A stretch of DNA of 64,000 nucleotides from Mobula hypostoma (Eukaryota): positions 146,384,001 to 146,448,000 of the forward strand of contig NC_086097.1 of NCBI RefSeq assembly GCF_963921235.1, in the 5' to 3' direction. The translations under genes were made by a program, and so were the position numbers. The notes beneath the pieces are model-generated. The model searched no databases and was not told where the DNA came from. It saw only the letters and a program-made list of their open reading frames with translations. Shown here piece by piece: positions 13,180-28,609 of this stretch; position 1 is the first letter of the stretch; each line of letters opens with the position of its first letter.

Positions 13180-14030
13180 AAGAACATAGAATAGTACAGT
13201 GCAAGCATAGGCCCTTCGGCCCACAATTTGTACCAAACCATTCAAATTAGAATGCAAATGGACAACTAATCTCTTCTGTCTACACAATGTCCTTCCATTT
13301 TCCTCATATTCAAATGCCTATCTAAATGTCTCTTAAAAGTCTCTCATGTTTCTGATTCTACCACCATCCCAGGAAGCGCATTTTAGGTACCCACCACTCT
13401 AAAAATAAAAAAACTTGCCCCTCACATTTCACATGAAATTACTCCCCATAACTTAAATGTCTCATACCATTTGGTATGAGACATTTCAACCTAAGGAAAA
13501 GGACTGTCTCTCTACTCCATCTATGCCTCTCATAATTTGTCAATGCCCATCAGATCTCCCTCAGTCTCTGCCGCTCCAGTGAAAACAACCCACGATTGTC
13601 CAACCATTCTTCATAGCACATGGCCTTGAATCCAGGCAATATCCTGGTAAACCTTTTCTGCACCCTTTCCAAAGCCTCAACATCCTTCTTATAATGGGGT
13701 GGCCAGAACTGAATGTAGTACTCCAGATGCAACCTAACTAGAGCTTTAGAAAGCTGCAACATGCACAAATCCACGCTGGCTTTCCTAATTTACACCATGG
13801 ACTTTTAAATACAGAAATCCAATCCCAAATAATTCTTTACAGTAACTTCCCTACCACAGACATGAGAGTTGCTGGTCTATGTTTTCTAGGATTATTCCCT
13901 GCTTCCATTCTTGAATAATGGAACATCAGCTACTCGCCAGTACTCCAGGACCTTGTCTGTGGCTAGAGAGGACACAAAGATATTGGCCAAGGCCCCAGCA
14001 ATCTCTTCTCTTGCCTCCAAATAACTTGGG
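13180..14030 (-). mobile_element. CR1 3' fragments
   Basis: ORF 13550-13774 (LVRLHLEYYIQFW); tail AGAACATAGAA. Confidence 0.8.
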
Positions 14031-14380
14031 GACATAGTGGTTACCCAATATCAGAACACCACCTATGAAGCAGTGCAGACACATTAATTAGGTTTGCTAT
14101 GATTTGAGAATTTACTCAGCAGTTTTGATATCTGTGGTAAAGTCACTTTTGCGGGACTGAGATTAAGTCATGCTGTTTCTTTACAAAATGCATGCATCAA
14201 GATTCAAAACTGCAGGACATAGTAGGGCAATTGCCCACAAAGAGCAGGAAGCATATGCCCTATTACTCAACAAATGGATTTGCTACTGAGAATGCATATC
14301 AAGTCTAACAGAACCACATTGTAAGTTTTTAAAAGTTAAGAAATCAAAACAACCTAATCCTTGAGGTCATGAGTTCTTTG

Positions 14381-17300
14381 TAGTGGTGCTAGGAAGTTTG
14401 TTGACCCTTTAGAATTTTCTCAATTTCTGCATAAATATAGAAACATAGAAAACCTATAGCACAATACAGGCCCTTCCGCCCACAATGCTGTGCTGAACAT
14501 GTACTTACTTTAGAAATAACCTAGGGTTACTCATAGCCCTCCAATTTTCTAAGCTCCATGTACCTATCCAAGAGTCTCTTAAAAAAGGCTATTGTATCCG
14601 CCTCCACCACCATTGCTGGCAGCCCATTCCGTGCACTCAACTCTCTCCGCGTAAAAAACTTACCCCTGACAACTCCTCTGTACCTACTTCCAAGCACCTT
14701 AAAAACTGTGCCCTCTCGTGTTAGCCATTTCAGCCTCGGGAAAAAGCTTCTGACTATCCATGTGATCAATGCCTCTCATCATTTTATACACCTGTCAGGT
14801 CACCTCTCATTCTCTGTCGCTCCAAGGAGAAAAGACCAAGTTCACTCAACCTATTCTCCTAAGACATGCTCCTCAATCCTTGTAAATCTCCTTTCTATAG
14901 TTTCCACATCCTTCCTGTAGTGAAGTGACCAGAACTGAGCACAGTACTCCAAGTGGGGTCTAACCCAGGGTCCTATATAGCTGTAACATTATCTCTCGGC
15001 TCCTGAAATCAGTCTCACGGTTGACAAAGGCCAATACACTGTATGTCTTAACCACAGAGTAAACCTGCACAGTAGCTTTGAGTGTCCTATGGTCCTCCAC
15101 ACTGCCAAAAGTCTTACCATTAATACTATATTCTGCCATCATATTTGACCTACCAAAATGAACCACCTCACACTTATCTGGGTTGAACTCGATCTCCCAC
15201 TTCTCAGCCCAATTTTGCATCCTATTGATGTCCTGCTGTAACCTCTGACAGCCCTCCACACTATCCACAACACCCCAACCTTTGAGTCATCAGCAAATTT
15301 ACTAACCCATCCCTCCACTTCCTCATCCAGGTCGTTTATAAAAAAAATCACCAAGAAGGGGTCCCAGAACAGATCCCTGAGGTACTCCACTGGTCACCGA
15401 CCTCCAAGCAGAATAGGACCTGTCTACAACCACTCTGTCTTCAGTGGGCAAGCCAATTCTGGATCCACAAAGCAAGGTCCCCTTGAATCCCATGCCTCCT
15501 TACTTTCTCAATAAGTCTTGCATGGGGTACCTTATCAAATGCCTTGCTGAAATCCGAATACACTACATTTAGGCTCACTGGTCTATAATTTCCAGGGCTC
15601 TCTCTACTCCCCTTCTTGAATAGATAGATTGGTAGATCTGCAACCCACCAATCCTCCATAACTTCTTCTGTCCCCATTGATGGTGCAAAGATCATTGCGA
15701 GAAGCTCAGCAATCTCCTCCCTCGTCTCCCACAGTAGCCTGGGGTATATCCCACCTGGTCCCAGTGACTTATCCAACTTGATGCTTTTCAACAGCTCCAG
15801 CACATCCTCCAGCTAGCCTTATAATTTTCTAGATCTCTATCATTACCAGTTTTTTTTTTGAACCTTTCGTAAGCTCCTCTTATTGACTAGATTTTCCACA
15901 GCTTTTGTACACCATCCTTTCCCTGTCTCATTGGAACGTACCTATGCAGAACGCCACACAAATATCCCCTGAAAATTTACATTTCTGCCATACATTTCCC
16001 TGAGAACATCTGCCCTCAATTTATGCTTCCAAGTTCCTGCCTGATAGCTTCATATTTGCCCTTATTCCAATTAAATACTTTCCTAACTTGTCTGTTCCTG
16101 TCTCTCTCCAATGCTATGGTAAAGGAGATAGAATTGTCATCACTATCTCCAAAATGCTGTCCCACTAAGAGACCTGACACCTGACCAGGTTCATTTCCCA
16201 ATACCAGATCAAGAACAACCCCTCCTCTTGTAGGCTTATCTACATATTGTGTCAGAAAACCTTCCTGAACACACCTAACAAACTCCACCCCATCTAAACC
16301 CCTTGCTCTAGGGAGATGCCAATCAATATTGGGGAAAATAAAATCTCCCATCACAACAACCCTGTTATTATTGCACCGTTCCAGAATTCGTCCCTTATTC
16401 TTTTGGGTGGTCTGTAAACAAAACACACCCAGTAGAGTTATTGACCCCTTCCTGTTTCTAACTTCCACCCACAGAGACTCAGTAGATAACCCCTCCACGA
16501 CTTTCTCCTTTTCTGCAGCCATGATACTATCTCTAATCAGCAGTTTCATGCCCCAGCGTCTTTTCCGCCACCTCCCTCCCCCCGTGTCCTTTCTGAAACA
16601 TACAAAGCCTGGCGCTAAGTAACCATTCCCGCCCCTGAGCCATCCAAGTCTCTGTAATGGCCACAACATCATAGCTCCAAGTACTGATTCACACTCTAAG
16701 CTCATCTGCTTTGTTCATACACCATGCATTAAATTAGACACACCTCAAACTATCAATCTGCACACATTCCTTCTCTACCATCTGCCCATCCTCCCTCTCA
16801 CTGCCTACAAGTTTTCTCTATTTGTGAACCAGCTGACCCTTCCTCCATCTCTTCAGTTCAGTTCCCACCCCTCAGCAATTTCTAGTTTAAACTCTCCCCA
16901 ATAGCCTTAGCAAACCTCCCTGCCAGAATATTGTTCACCCTCGGATTCAAGTGCAACCCATCCTTGTTGTATAGGTCACGCCTGTCCCAATAATTGAAAA
17001 TTCTGAATCCCTGCCCCCTGCTCCAATCCCTCAGCCATGCATTTATCCTTCAGCTCATTCTATTCCTATACTCACTGTCACGTGGCACAGGCAGCAATCC
17101 CGAGATGACTACCTTTGGGGTTCTGCTTCTCAGCTTCTTCGCTAACTCCCTGTAGTCTGATTTCAGGACCTCCTCCCTTTTGCTACCAAGGAGGCAAACT
17201 ATCAACTGTGTTTCTTTCCTGCATCCACAGAATCACCTAACTCCCTAACTATAGAGTCCCAAAATATGATCGGATCTTTATGCAAGTCTTGAAACTAGAT

Positions 17301-18791
17301 GAAGAGAATCCAATTAAATAAATAACCAAAACATTACAGTTGTTCTTTTATTTATTGAGAAAATTGATCCAATATTACATGTATTTTTGGAAAAGATAAG
17401 TGAATCTCTAGGATTATCAATTCATTTAAAGGGGAAATTAAAGTCAGGCTTTTCAATCAATGGGATGACAATCAGGTTGAGTGTGGGAGGACCTGCCCTA
17501 TTTAAAGAACATAAACCTGGGTCTTCACTATCAAAGTCTGATCTTCTCCACACAGGTTTTTGGAATTGTGCAATGCCTCGATCAAAGGAGATTTCTGAGG
17601 ACCTGAGAGAAAAAAAAGTTGTTGACTGATAAAGGATACAAAACCATTTCTAAAGAGTTTGGGCTCCACCAATCCATAATCAGATAGTGCACAAATGGAA
17701 GAAATTCAACACCTTTGTTACTCTCCCCAGGAGTAGCTGACCAACAAAAATCACACCAAGAGTGAGGAGGGTAGTATTCCAGGAGATCACAAAGAGCTCC
17801 AGGATAACATCTAAGAAGCTACAGGCCTCTTTTACATTTGCTAATGTCAGTGTCATCAGTCTACCATCAGGTAAACACTGAACAACAATGGCATGCATGA
17901 CAGGATTGCAAGGGAAAAGTCACTACCCTCCAAGAACATTGCTACCTAACTAAAGTTTGCTAAAGATCACATGGATAATCCATAAGCCTCTTGGAAGGAT
18001 GTTCTGTGAACAGACAAGTCCAAAATATAATTTTTTGGCTTAAATGAGAAGCGTTATGTTTGGTGAAAAGCAAACACTGCATTCCAGCATAAGAACCTCA
18101 TCCCATCTATGAAACACGGTGGTGGCAGTGTCATGGTTTGGGCCTGCTTTGTTGCCTCTGGATCAAGATGGCTTGCCATAATTGATGGATCTATGATTTC
18201 TGAATTGTACCAGCATATTCTACAGGAAAAAGTTGGGTATCCATCCACGAACTGAAGCTCAAGAAAAAGTGGGACATGCAGCAAGACAACAACCCTAAAG
18301 ACACAAGTCAGTTGACCAAAGAATAACTAAAGCAGAAGAAATTTCACATTCTGGAATAGCCGAGTCAAAGTCCTGATCTTAATCCTATAGAAATGTTGTG
18401 GAAGGACCTGAAGCAAGCAGTTCATGCAAGGAAGCCCACTAACATATCAGAGTTTAAGCAGTTTTATAGGAGAAATGGCCTAAAACTCCTCCAAGTCACT
18501 GTGCAGGACTGATCAACAGTTACTGGAAATGATTGACTCAAGTTACAAGGCGGTGGGGTCACACCAGTTACTGAAAGCAAAGGTTCACATACTTTCTCCA
18601 ACAAATACATGTAATATTGGATCATTTTTCTCAAAAAAAAATGAGCAGGTATAATGTTTTGTGTATTATTTATTTAATTGGGTTCTGTTTATCTAGTTTT
18701 AGGACTTGCTTGAAGATCAGATTACATCTTAGGTCACATTTATGCAGAAACAGAAAATTCTAAAGGGTTCACAAACTTTCTAGCCCCACTG
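14381..18791 (+). mobile_element. Tc1-like transposon split by a CR1 insertion
   Basis: Left TIR AGTGGTGCTAGGAAGTTTGTTGACCCTTTAGAATTTTCT (14382) matches the right end at about 18750-18791. The element resumes at about 17262. Transposase remnants MPRSKEISEDLR (ATG about 17573), QQDNNPK, QSPDLNPIEMLW. Confidence 0.85.
14437..17260 (-). mobile_element. CR1 LINE (ORF1 end, endonuclease, RT, 3' tail), degenerate
   Basis: ORFs 16016-16705 (VMGDFIFP, LDLVL), 15441-15803 (GNYRPVSL, DFSKAFDKVPH), KFADD, 14527-14769; ATAGAAAC-type tail repeat at about 14437-14452. Confidence 0.92.
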
Positions 18792-18904
18792 TGTTTGCAC
18801 AGGCATCTTCTCTGCAGTGTCCGATAAACTGAATTAAATCAAGAACCAAATATTAAAATAAAAATGGTTTTATGAAGCTGTACATACAAAAATAAATAAA
18901 CACC

Positions 18905-19378
18905 TTCAATGCCGCCCTCAGCCACACGTCTGCCCTCACCCCATTCTCTCGCCACCCCAGCGGGGATAGGGTTCCTCTTGTCCTCACCTACAACTTTCCG
19001 TGTCCAACACATAATTCCCCATAACTTCTGCCATCTCCAACAGGATCCTACCACCAAGCTCATCTTTCTCTCCCCATTTTCTGCAGGGATCGCTCCCTTT
19101 GCGACCCCCTTGTTCATTCATCCCTCCCCAATGATATCCCTCCTGGCAATTGTTCCACTTGCAAGGATAAGTGCAACACTTGTCCCTATGCCTCCTCCCT
19201 CACTACCATTCAGGGCCCCAAACAGTCTTTTCAGGTGAGGTGACACTTCACCTGAGAGTCTGTTGGGATCATCTACTGTATCCAGTGCTCCTGGTGTGGC
19301 CTCATGTATACCAGTAAGACCCAAAGTAGACTGGGAGACCGCTTCTCTGAACACCTATGCTCCATCCACCAGAAAAAG
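18905..19378 (+). mobile_element. Penelope-like fragment (GIY-YIG region)
   Basis: Homologous to about 40250-40700; YTSKTQSRLGDRFSEHL. Confidence 0.8.
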
Positions 19379-19379
19379 C

Positions 19380-20455
19380 TGCGTCCCATGTCTGTGGGAG
19401 CATTGCGAGAAGAACGAAATGCGGAAGGATCCAGTGATGAAGGATTTCGTGACGAGCCTGACAGAAAACTTCAGGGAACGATTTGAAAGCTCCCCTAAAC
19501 TCTCAGGTGGCATCCTCCTCTTCCTGAGACGGCTGTTCTCCATTTCGGTTGACGGCCAGTGGACTGCAGAGGCCAAAAGGCTGATGCCTTCCATAGATGA
19601 GGCAACTCTTCAGATGGAGGTCTTGGAAATGGGAACATCTGATTTGCTCAAAGCACAACACAACACAAGGACGTTGGGGTGAGTGACTTTTGGATCAATC
19701 CAAACACAACAAGAGCTATTGTAATGCTCTACTCATACTGTTCCCCTCCACATACACATGTGAGTTATTGTTTTATTCTATGAACTCTATCAAGAACCAG
19801 GACAGAAACAGACCCTCCAATGCACTTTGCCAGTGCCTCAGGATTGCCACAACAGAATACAGGCCCAACATCAGAAGGATTGCCTCATCCCGTCACTGTC
19901 ACTAATTGGTGCGTGAATCAATTTATTTTTGTCCATTTGTCAATCTTATTGTGGTATAATAATACAATACTGATAATTTCATTTATAGCTACACTTCATA
20001 CTTCAAATGCTACATAGTTTAATTAAAAACAAATAGATTAAATGAGAGAACAGAAACAGTGGAAAAGGCAGTACTACTAAAACTCTGTGTGGAAGAGAAG
20101 TGGTGAAGACTACCATGTTTTGAGTGAGTGAGTGAGTTTTAAGTCCCGGATGAGTTCTCAGTGTGACAGCTGACAGTTGTGATAGAGTCATAATTAACTG
20201 GTTGGTTTTGGACTTATTTTGTTTCAACAGTGCATTTTTATTTTTCTTGTGTGACCCACAACACAGGCTTTGAGAATCCCAGGCCAAAATTATTACTACT
20301 ACCACTAATAATAATAATAATGGTAATAGCAGCAACAACATCTGCCCATAAAACAACTTACTGGCGCAATGAAAAAACCCTGGACATTTTGGCCCTTGGC
20401 TTGGCATGCTTAACATAATTTAGCCCTTGTGGAAAACTAATTGGGGAATCCTGGT
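19380..20455 (+). mobile_element. hAT (Charlie/SPIN-like) transposase C-terminus and right end
   Basis: LFPSTYTCELLFYSMNSIKNQDRNR...CLRIATTEYRPNI is an hAT dimerisation-like domain; terminal ...TTGGGGAATCCTG at about 20453. Confidence 0.75.
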
Positions 20456-20551
20456 GTAGTGTAACGGCCACACGATAACTGCTAGAAACTGTATGATGTC
20501 TTTTGCTCCAAATAAGCAGCATATTGTCTTAAATAAACAAAGGGAATCCCA

Positions 20552-20689
20552 AACAACAGGAATTCTGCAGATGCTGGAAATTCAAGCAACACACATCAAA
20601 GTTGCTGGTGAACGCAGCAGGCCAGGCAGCATCTATAGGAAGAGGCGCAGTCGACGTTTCAGGCCGAGACCCTTCGTCAGGACTTCGTC
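20552..20689 (-). mobile_element. About 140-bp Penelope-derived hammerhead-carrying insert
   Basis: Flanked by the direct repeat AGGGAATCCCA (20541-20551, 20690-20700). Homologous to the 3' terminal region of the Penelope element at about 41160-41310. Confidence 0.85.
20649..20684 (-). ncRNA. Minimal type I hammerhead ribozyme motif, intact core
   Basis: Minus strand reads AGTC-CTGACGA-AGGGTCTCGGCCT-GAAAC-GTC-GACT. It has CUGANGA and GAAA boxes, stem I AGUC/GACU, a GC-rich stem II, a palindromic ACGU stem III and a GUC cleavage triplet. Confidence 0.8.
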
Positions 20690-21517
20690 AGGGAATCCCA
20701 GCTATCTTCTCGATTTGTTTTTGTTCTTTAAGAGTTGTACAAAATAAGTAGTTTCCCCAAATAACCGACAGCCCAATTAACTGGAATCAACCATATTCTG
20801 GTACCCAACTTACCACTCTCCTTTAAAGAAATAATTCATTGTAGCATTCTTGGTCCTGGAGTTCAAACATACAAAGGCATGCCTCTGTAGTTTACAAGCA
20901 TCCATGCGGTCAACATATTGCTGTGTCAAACCTGGTGCTCCAGCCAAAATGACAAGCTCACCATTCTACATGGCTCAATTTAGGAATCAAACACTGAAAT
21001 AATGTACAGAGGCTGCCTGTGAGAATGTGTTGGGAAAGCTACCCAACATTGAACTGCAGCGTTTAGACACATACCCTGAATAGCCTCTAAATACAGGCCT
21101 TTTCTATGAACTAGCAGCAGCAACTCCACATGTTGATAGACTACTTAAATCCTTCCACCTTAGCAATGTCTCTCTACAGCTGTGTAGCCAGATTTTTCTA
21201 TGACAACAAGCTCAATGGTGGTCATTTGCAATTGAGCCACAAAGCAACATTCAGCAAGATTGTTCAGTTACCACCAGCCCAGAATGCTCACGATTTTACA
21301 AAACCGATGCCCCCCAAAAAAAACCACAGCTAATTCAGCACTGAAGATAGAAAGAACCTGCTTCACAATATCTGCGTCGTACTAGACATTGTAATTGATG
21401 ACAATTCCTGACTCTCCTTAGGTTTTTGATATGAAATTTATGATACTGACTTACCAGAGCTCTGCCATTTCTACATTTAATTTAAACTTCAGCTATACTT
21501 TGAATATTCATTGATAA

Positions 21518-22990
21518 CACTAGACAAAGATTTTGCTTCCTAAGTACTTTTGGCTGTATCTTATGGATTTTGGTCTGATCACGAAAATCAGCATGAAATT
21601 TCTGCACCTCGCACCATTTTATTGGAATCACTGAAGCCCCTTTCTTCTAGGGCATCTCAGGAAACGGCTCATTGTCCCTTGCTGGCAGTCTTCCAACTCA
21701 GTGCCGAAAGACCCACTGTTCTCAGGCCACATACATCTGGGAAATACACACTTTGGTCCTGCCAAATCCGTGAAATTGGAGTGTCTCTCCCACCCAAACC
21801 ACAATTTGTGTGAATGCTGTGTGATTTGCTGCCTTGTTACACCTCGTTGCCAGGAAATAACAGACCACACACTGCATATAAAGGAAATATATTTATAAAT
21901 ATTAACTTTAATAAAGGGCTAGTAAAGAAAAGGAAACAAACAAAAAGGGCCTGTTATAATTAAACAGTCAAATGTGCACAGGTTGGAGCTCAACTCTTCC
22001 AAAAGTCATATTCACCAATCCTCAATAGATTCTCACACCTTGCTCCATTGAATCATGGTCCCAACGGATAGAATCCTACGACCAGATTCTCTCAGATGCC
22101 TTCTCTCTTTGTCCCCCACCGAACAAAAACAAAGGCTCACACCACTGTCAAGTACAAAAAAAAACTCTGCTCCCCAAGCCTTCTGTCCTGGTTAGATGGC
22201 TCATATCCCTCAGCACCCATCATCTCTAACAATAACCCAAACACTGCTTCTATAAAAAGACCATTACATGAAAAACCCTGCAATGTTAGCAGTGAAACCT
22301 TTACCAGGGTATTACATCACCTATATTTGTTATTTCAATTCATAATTCAAGTCAATTAAAATGTTGCCCACAATGTAAGCTGAAAAGTTTTCTATCTTGT
22401 CCAGGAAGGCTTAGGCAGAGCTGATGCTGCATGGCAGGACAGGTTTTAGAAAGGCTGCAAAGTTCCAAAGGATTTTGATATTTGAGACATATGTTGCCCG
22501 GAATAACTGATCCCAAGTTTAAGGCAGGAATTTTTGTTGGTCCACAAATCAAACAGGTCATCAATGACAGGCAATTCAAAGTGGGACCAGAGAAAAATCA
22601 CATGGAAGGCATTCAAGGATGTTATTAAAATTTTTCTTGGCAACTACAGAGCACCAAACTACGTGCAGCTGGTTGATTAACATGCTTCAAGCATACAAAA
22701 CCATGAAGTGTAACATGTTACTAAAGATTAATTTTCTGCTTTCCCACTTAGACTTCTTCCCTGCAAATTTTGGCGCTGTCAGTGATGAGCATGGTGAAAG
22801 GTTTCACCAGGAAATTGCAGTCATGGAGAAATTATATCAGAGCAACTGGAATCTACCAATGCCAGCTGATTATTGTTGGACACTTAAACTGGGAGCCTCA
22901 GAAACAGAGTACAAATTAAAATCATCAACAATACAATTTTAACTTAATTGAACTATTGCAAAACATGAGCATGTTGCAATTAAACATCTA
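21518..22990 (+). mobile_element. Chapaev3-type (CMC) DNA transposon remnant
   Basis: Starts TAA|CACTAGACAAA. ORF 22619-22942 has LKINFLLSHLDFFPANFGAVSDEHGERFHQEI, the typical C-terminal motif of this group (family assignment from memory). Confidence 0.7.
21835..22316. mobile_element. Possible solo LTR inside the Chapaev3 remnant
   Basis: TGTTAC...ATTACA termini interrupt the transposon; no clean TSD seen. Confidence 0.4.
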
Positions 22991-23027
22991 AGTTACCTCA
23001 ATCAATATTTTTAAATTAAGTGATGTA

Positions 23028-25287
<2,260 letters not shown>

Positions 25288-27559
25288 TACACTTCATGCG
25301 CAGCATTTCCATTTGCTATGCTTTGCTTTTCATGCAAGGTTATTTTAAGATCAAAATGGGGGGGGGAATAGGCAACTTGTATGTAGGTAACAAGTTCAGT
25401 AATTTTTTGCACACTTATGTCTGTAAATCAAAATATACATCTCAGCTTCTACGTACACACACCATGCACTATTGGTACTTCAGTGTTTTTCAAAGATTAT
25501 GTTAGAACTATACTATGTGGGGATATTTCTAACGATTTCAAAAAAAATTGAATACTGTACCAAAGAAAACTAACAAAAAAACAAAACCACCCTGCCAACA
25601 GTTATCTGCAGTTTCCAACTTTCATACTTGCTCCTCCCACATACACCACCCAAGTGCTTCTTATCCATGGGTAGGAAGAAGGCAGCCTATGGCAACCTAC
25701 CCAAAGTATCATTCTTAAATGACCAATAAAACCAAACAGTGAGTCATGAGAACCAAATAGTCAATTGTTAGATGACATTCTAAGTGCTTAATTTAATATG
25801 AATTTCATTTATAAAGACAGAAAGTACCAGTAGCCTTTGGCCTGCCTTTCTATTAAACGCGATTAAGCTGTTTAACCTTAGCTTCAACACCATTTTCTCC
25901 ATTCTCACATCATGCTCGTCCATTTAAGAGTTCAACTGTCTGCCAACTTTAACCTTAAAATATTTAATTACTTTACCTCCACTGCTCTGTTGGTTAAACC
26001 TAAAGTTTTTACCTTTCATTTTCAATACATCAATGAGCACAGGGTTAACCTGCTCCCCCAAGAGAAAACAACCAACTGAAGAAATGATAAATCAAAAAAT
26101 ACACCAATTTGTTCAATTACAAACCCAAGCAAAATCATAAAGTCACATATCAATACAATTTTAACGTTGGAAGGCTTCAAAAATTGCTACTGAACATGGA
26201 ATTTCAGAAGCCTTCAAACTTGCATCTGCCAATAACAGATCTATTGTTACATCATAATCTGGTAGGCAAAATTGTTTTACACAGGCAAAGGGAGTAGACT
26301 GCTCTTCAGTCAGAACTAGTACTGATGAACAAATGAAAACTTGCTGTAAATTCTATATTGAATAAACTACGAGGGAAACTGCAATATCAAAATCACAAGT
26401 CAATGCATTTTAATTACAAGTTTTAGATCAGTTTGTTTATATTTCAATTTCACTAATTTGAAGTTTATGTACTAGACTTTCCTAATTAGTTTCAGCAGCA
26501 TTTTACAATGTGGCAGAGTTCATCTGAAAGAGCTGATTCTTCCCCAGCTGCTTTGGAAATTTAAGTACAATAATAAATCAGTAAAAAAAAAGTTAACTAA
26601 TGGTTATCACAACAGAAAAAAAATCATCAGGCTTACAAATGTTCTTCAGGTTAAGAAGTTTGCCATCTTTTCCCAGATGGTCAATATACAACTGTCATTC
26701 ACTGGTAGTCACCTCTTCAATTCAGGGGCAATTACAAACAGACAAAAATACACATTTAGAACATCTAACTTTGATTATTTTTTGCAACCTCTATGAAAAC
26801 TAGAATTAAAATTGTTTTGTAAAGTTTTCCAAAAATGAAATACCCCAAGCTACTACTATAATGTGTAATAAACCTTCAGTTAAAATGTTGTACACTTTCT
26901 TGAATAATGATTAAAAATACAAAGCTGGGGAGAGAAAAAAAAAACTTATGCCAAGGGGGAGCAAATCTAATGCACAATTTGTCTGTTAGCTGACCAAGCA
27001 AATTGCTTCAGTATTAAAATCATATCCTTTGAAACTCAATGAATAAGCTGATGTAAAAAAGATTAATGTCAACCTAATGGCAACTCAAATTACTGTTCAA
27101 CCCTATAAATAGTTCTGTCAGAGCAGGCAACAAAATACATGCACCAACTTGTAATTCAGCTTTCCAATTCAGAATTTACGATTTAGGAACTTAATTTTCA
27201 GCAATTCGTATACTGAATACTCAGGATATGAATAAAATGCAAAAAAATTATCCACAAGGATTAAATTACCTAATGGAAACAAGTGCTCAAAGATAGTCTA
27301 TTTTTTCTCCACATCTTTATGGTTCCCTGAGCTCAAGTTGAGCCGCACACCGATCTTGATGAATACTTTGTCAGCATTTCCATTACTGGCAATGGGACAG
27401 TAATTAATGTTCAAATTAATTACTGAATTAATAAGATTCAGACATTTTATAGAGAATAGATCAGTGCTGCAGGAGGAAATAAACAGTACAAATGAACATG
27501 TCATCACCAATAAAATCAAGAATTCGATCTTTACAACAGTGCAAAGGGTGTTTTCAGAA

Positions 27560-28200
27560 AATGTCATGGCATTACAAAGAACACAGGGCAGCACTTCTTT
27601 TTTTCTTAGATTTGGCATGTTACCCAAAACTTTGACAAACTTCTACAAATGTGCAATGGAGTTACAACATCAATGCCCTTGAATGGAAAAGCCTACAAAA
27701 AGTAATGGATTCAGCCTAGTCCATCAAGATTAAAACCCTCCCCACCATTGAGCTCATCTACAAGGAACACTGTTACAGGAAAGCAGCACCCATCAAAGAA
27801 CCCCACATTCCAGGCCTTGCTCTCTTCTCACTGCTGCCATCAGGAAGGAGGTACAGGAGCCTCAGGTCCACTGTACCAGGTTTAGGACCAGTTATTACTC
27901 CTCAACCATCAGGTTCTCGAACCAGAGGACAACTTTACCCAACCAAATATTAAACTGGTTCCACAACCTATGGACTCACTTTCAAAAACTTCACAACTTA
28001 TACTCTTGATATTTATTGTTGTTTTTTCTTTTTGTATTTTTACAGTTTGTCTTCTTTTGCACGTTGGATGTTTGTCTTTGTCATATGTGGTTTTTCACCG
28101 ATACTACCTTTTTTTGTATTTATTATGAATGCTGCAAGAAAATGAATCTCAGGGTTGTATATGGTGACAAATGTATTTTGATAATAAATTTACTTTGAAC
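27560..28200 (+). mobile_element. Rex/L2-type LINE 3' fragment
   Basis: TLTNFYKC; tail GATAATAAATTTACTTTGAAC. Confidence 0.7.
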
Positions 28201-28609
28201 AAACAGTTCTTGCCTTTGCTCCCATTCCAACCTATGACAGAACTTAATGCTGTCAACATTTGCCCATTGCAGCACTTAGTTCATTGTTGATTTAAATTGT
28301 GGTTTTACAAATGTTGCAGACATGCTCGGGAACAGAGGTATTAACATTGCAGTGCTGCATCACCTCAGCAACTTCTAATAGCGTAAATACCAATTACATA
28401 CAACTTTATACTCAGTGTTTCATCACCACTGAAAAACAAATTAGCTGTCATTAACTCAAGTTTTATATAAAAAAATAAACAGATGAAATGCTTTAATCCA
28501 AGCCTCAAAACAGCATCATGAACATTTCTGGCATCATTCAAGGTATTACTACCTACATTTAGCTGAAACTTTCAACAGAATACTAAAATTGTTTCCAGAG
28601 TGCTGGACA

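Noticed and set aside
19263..19682. Penelope-hAT fusion ORF as a novel chimeric gene
   Set aside because: The Penelope part is read out of frame, the hAT part is truncated, and no splice or promoter support was seen.
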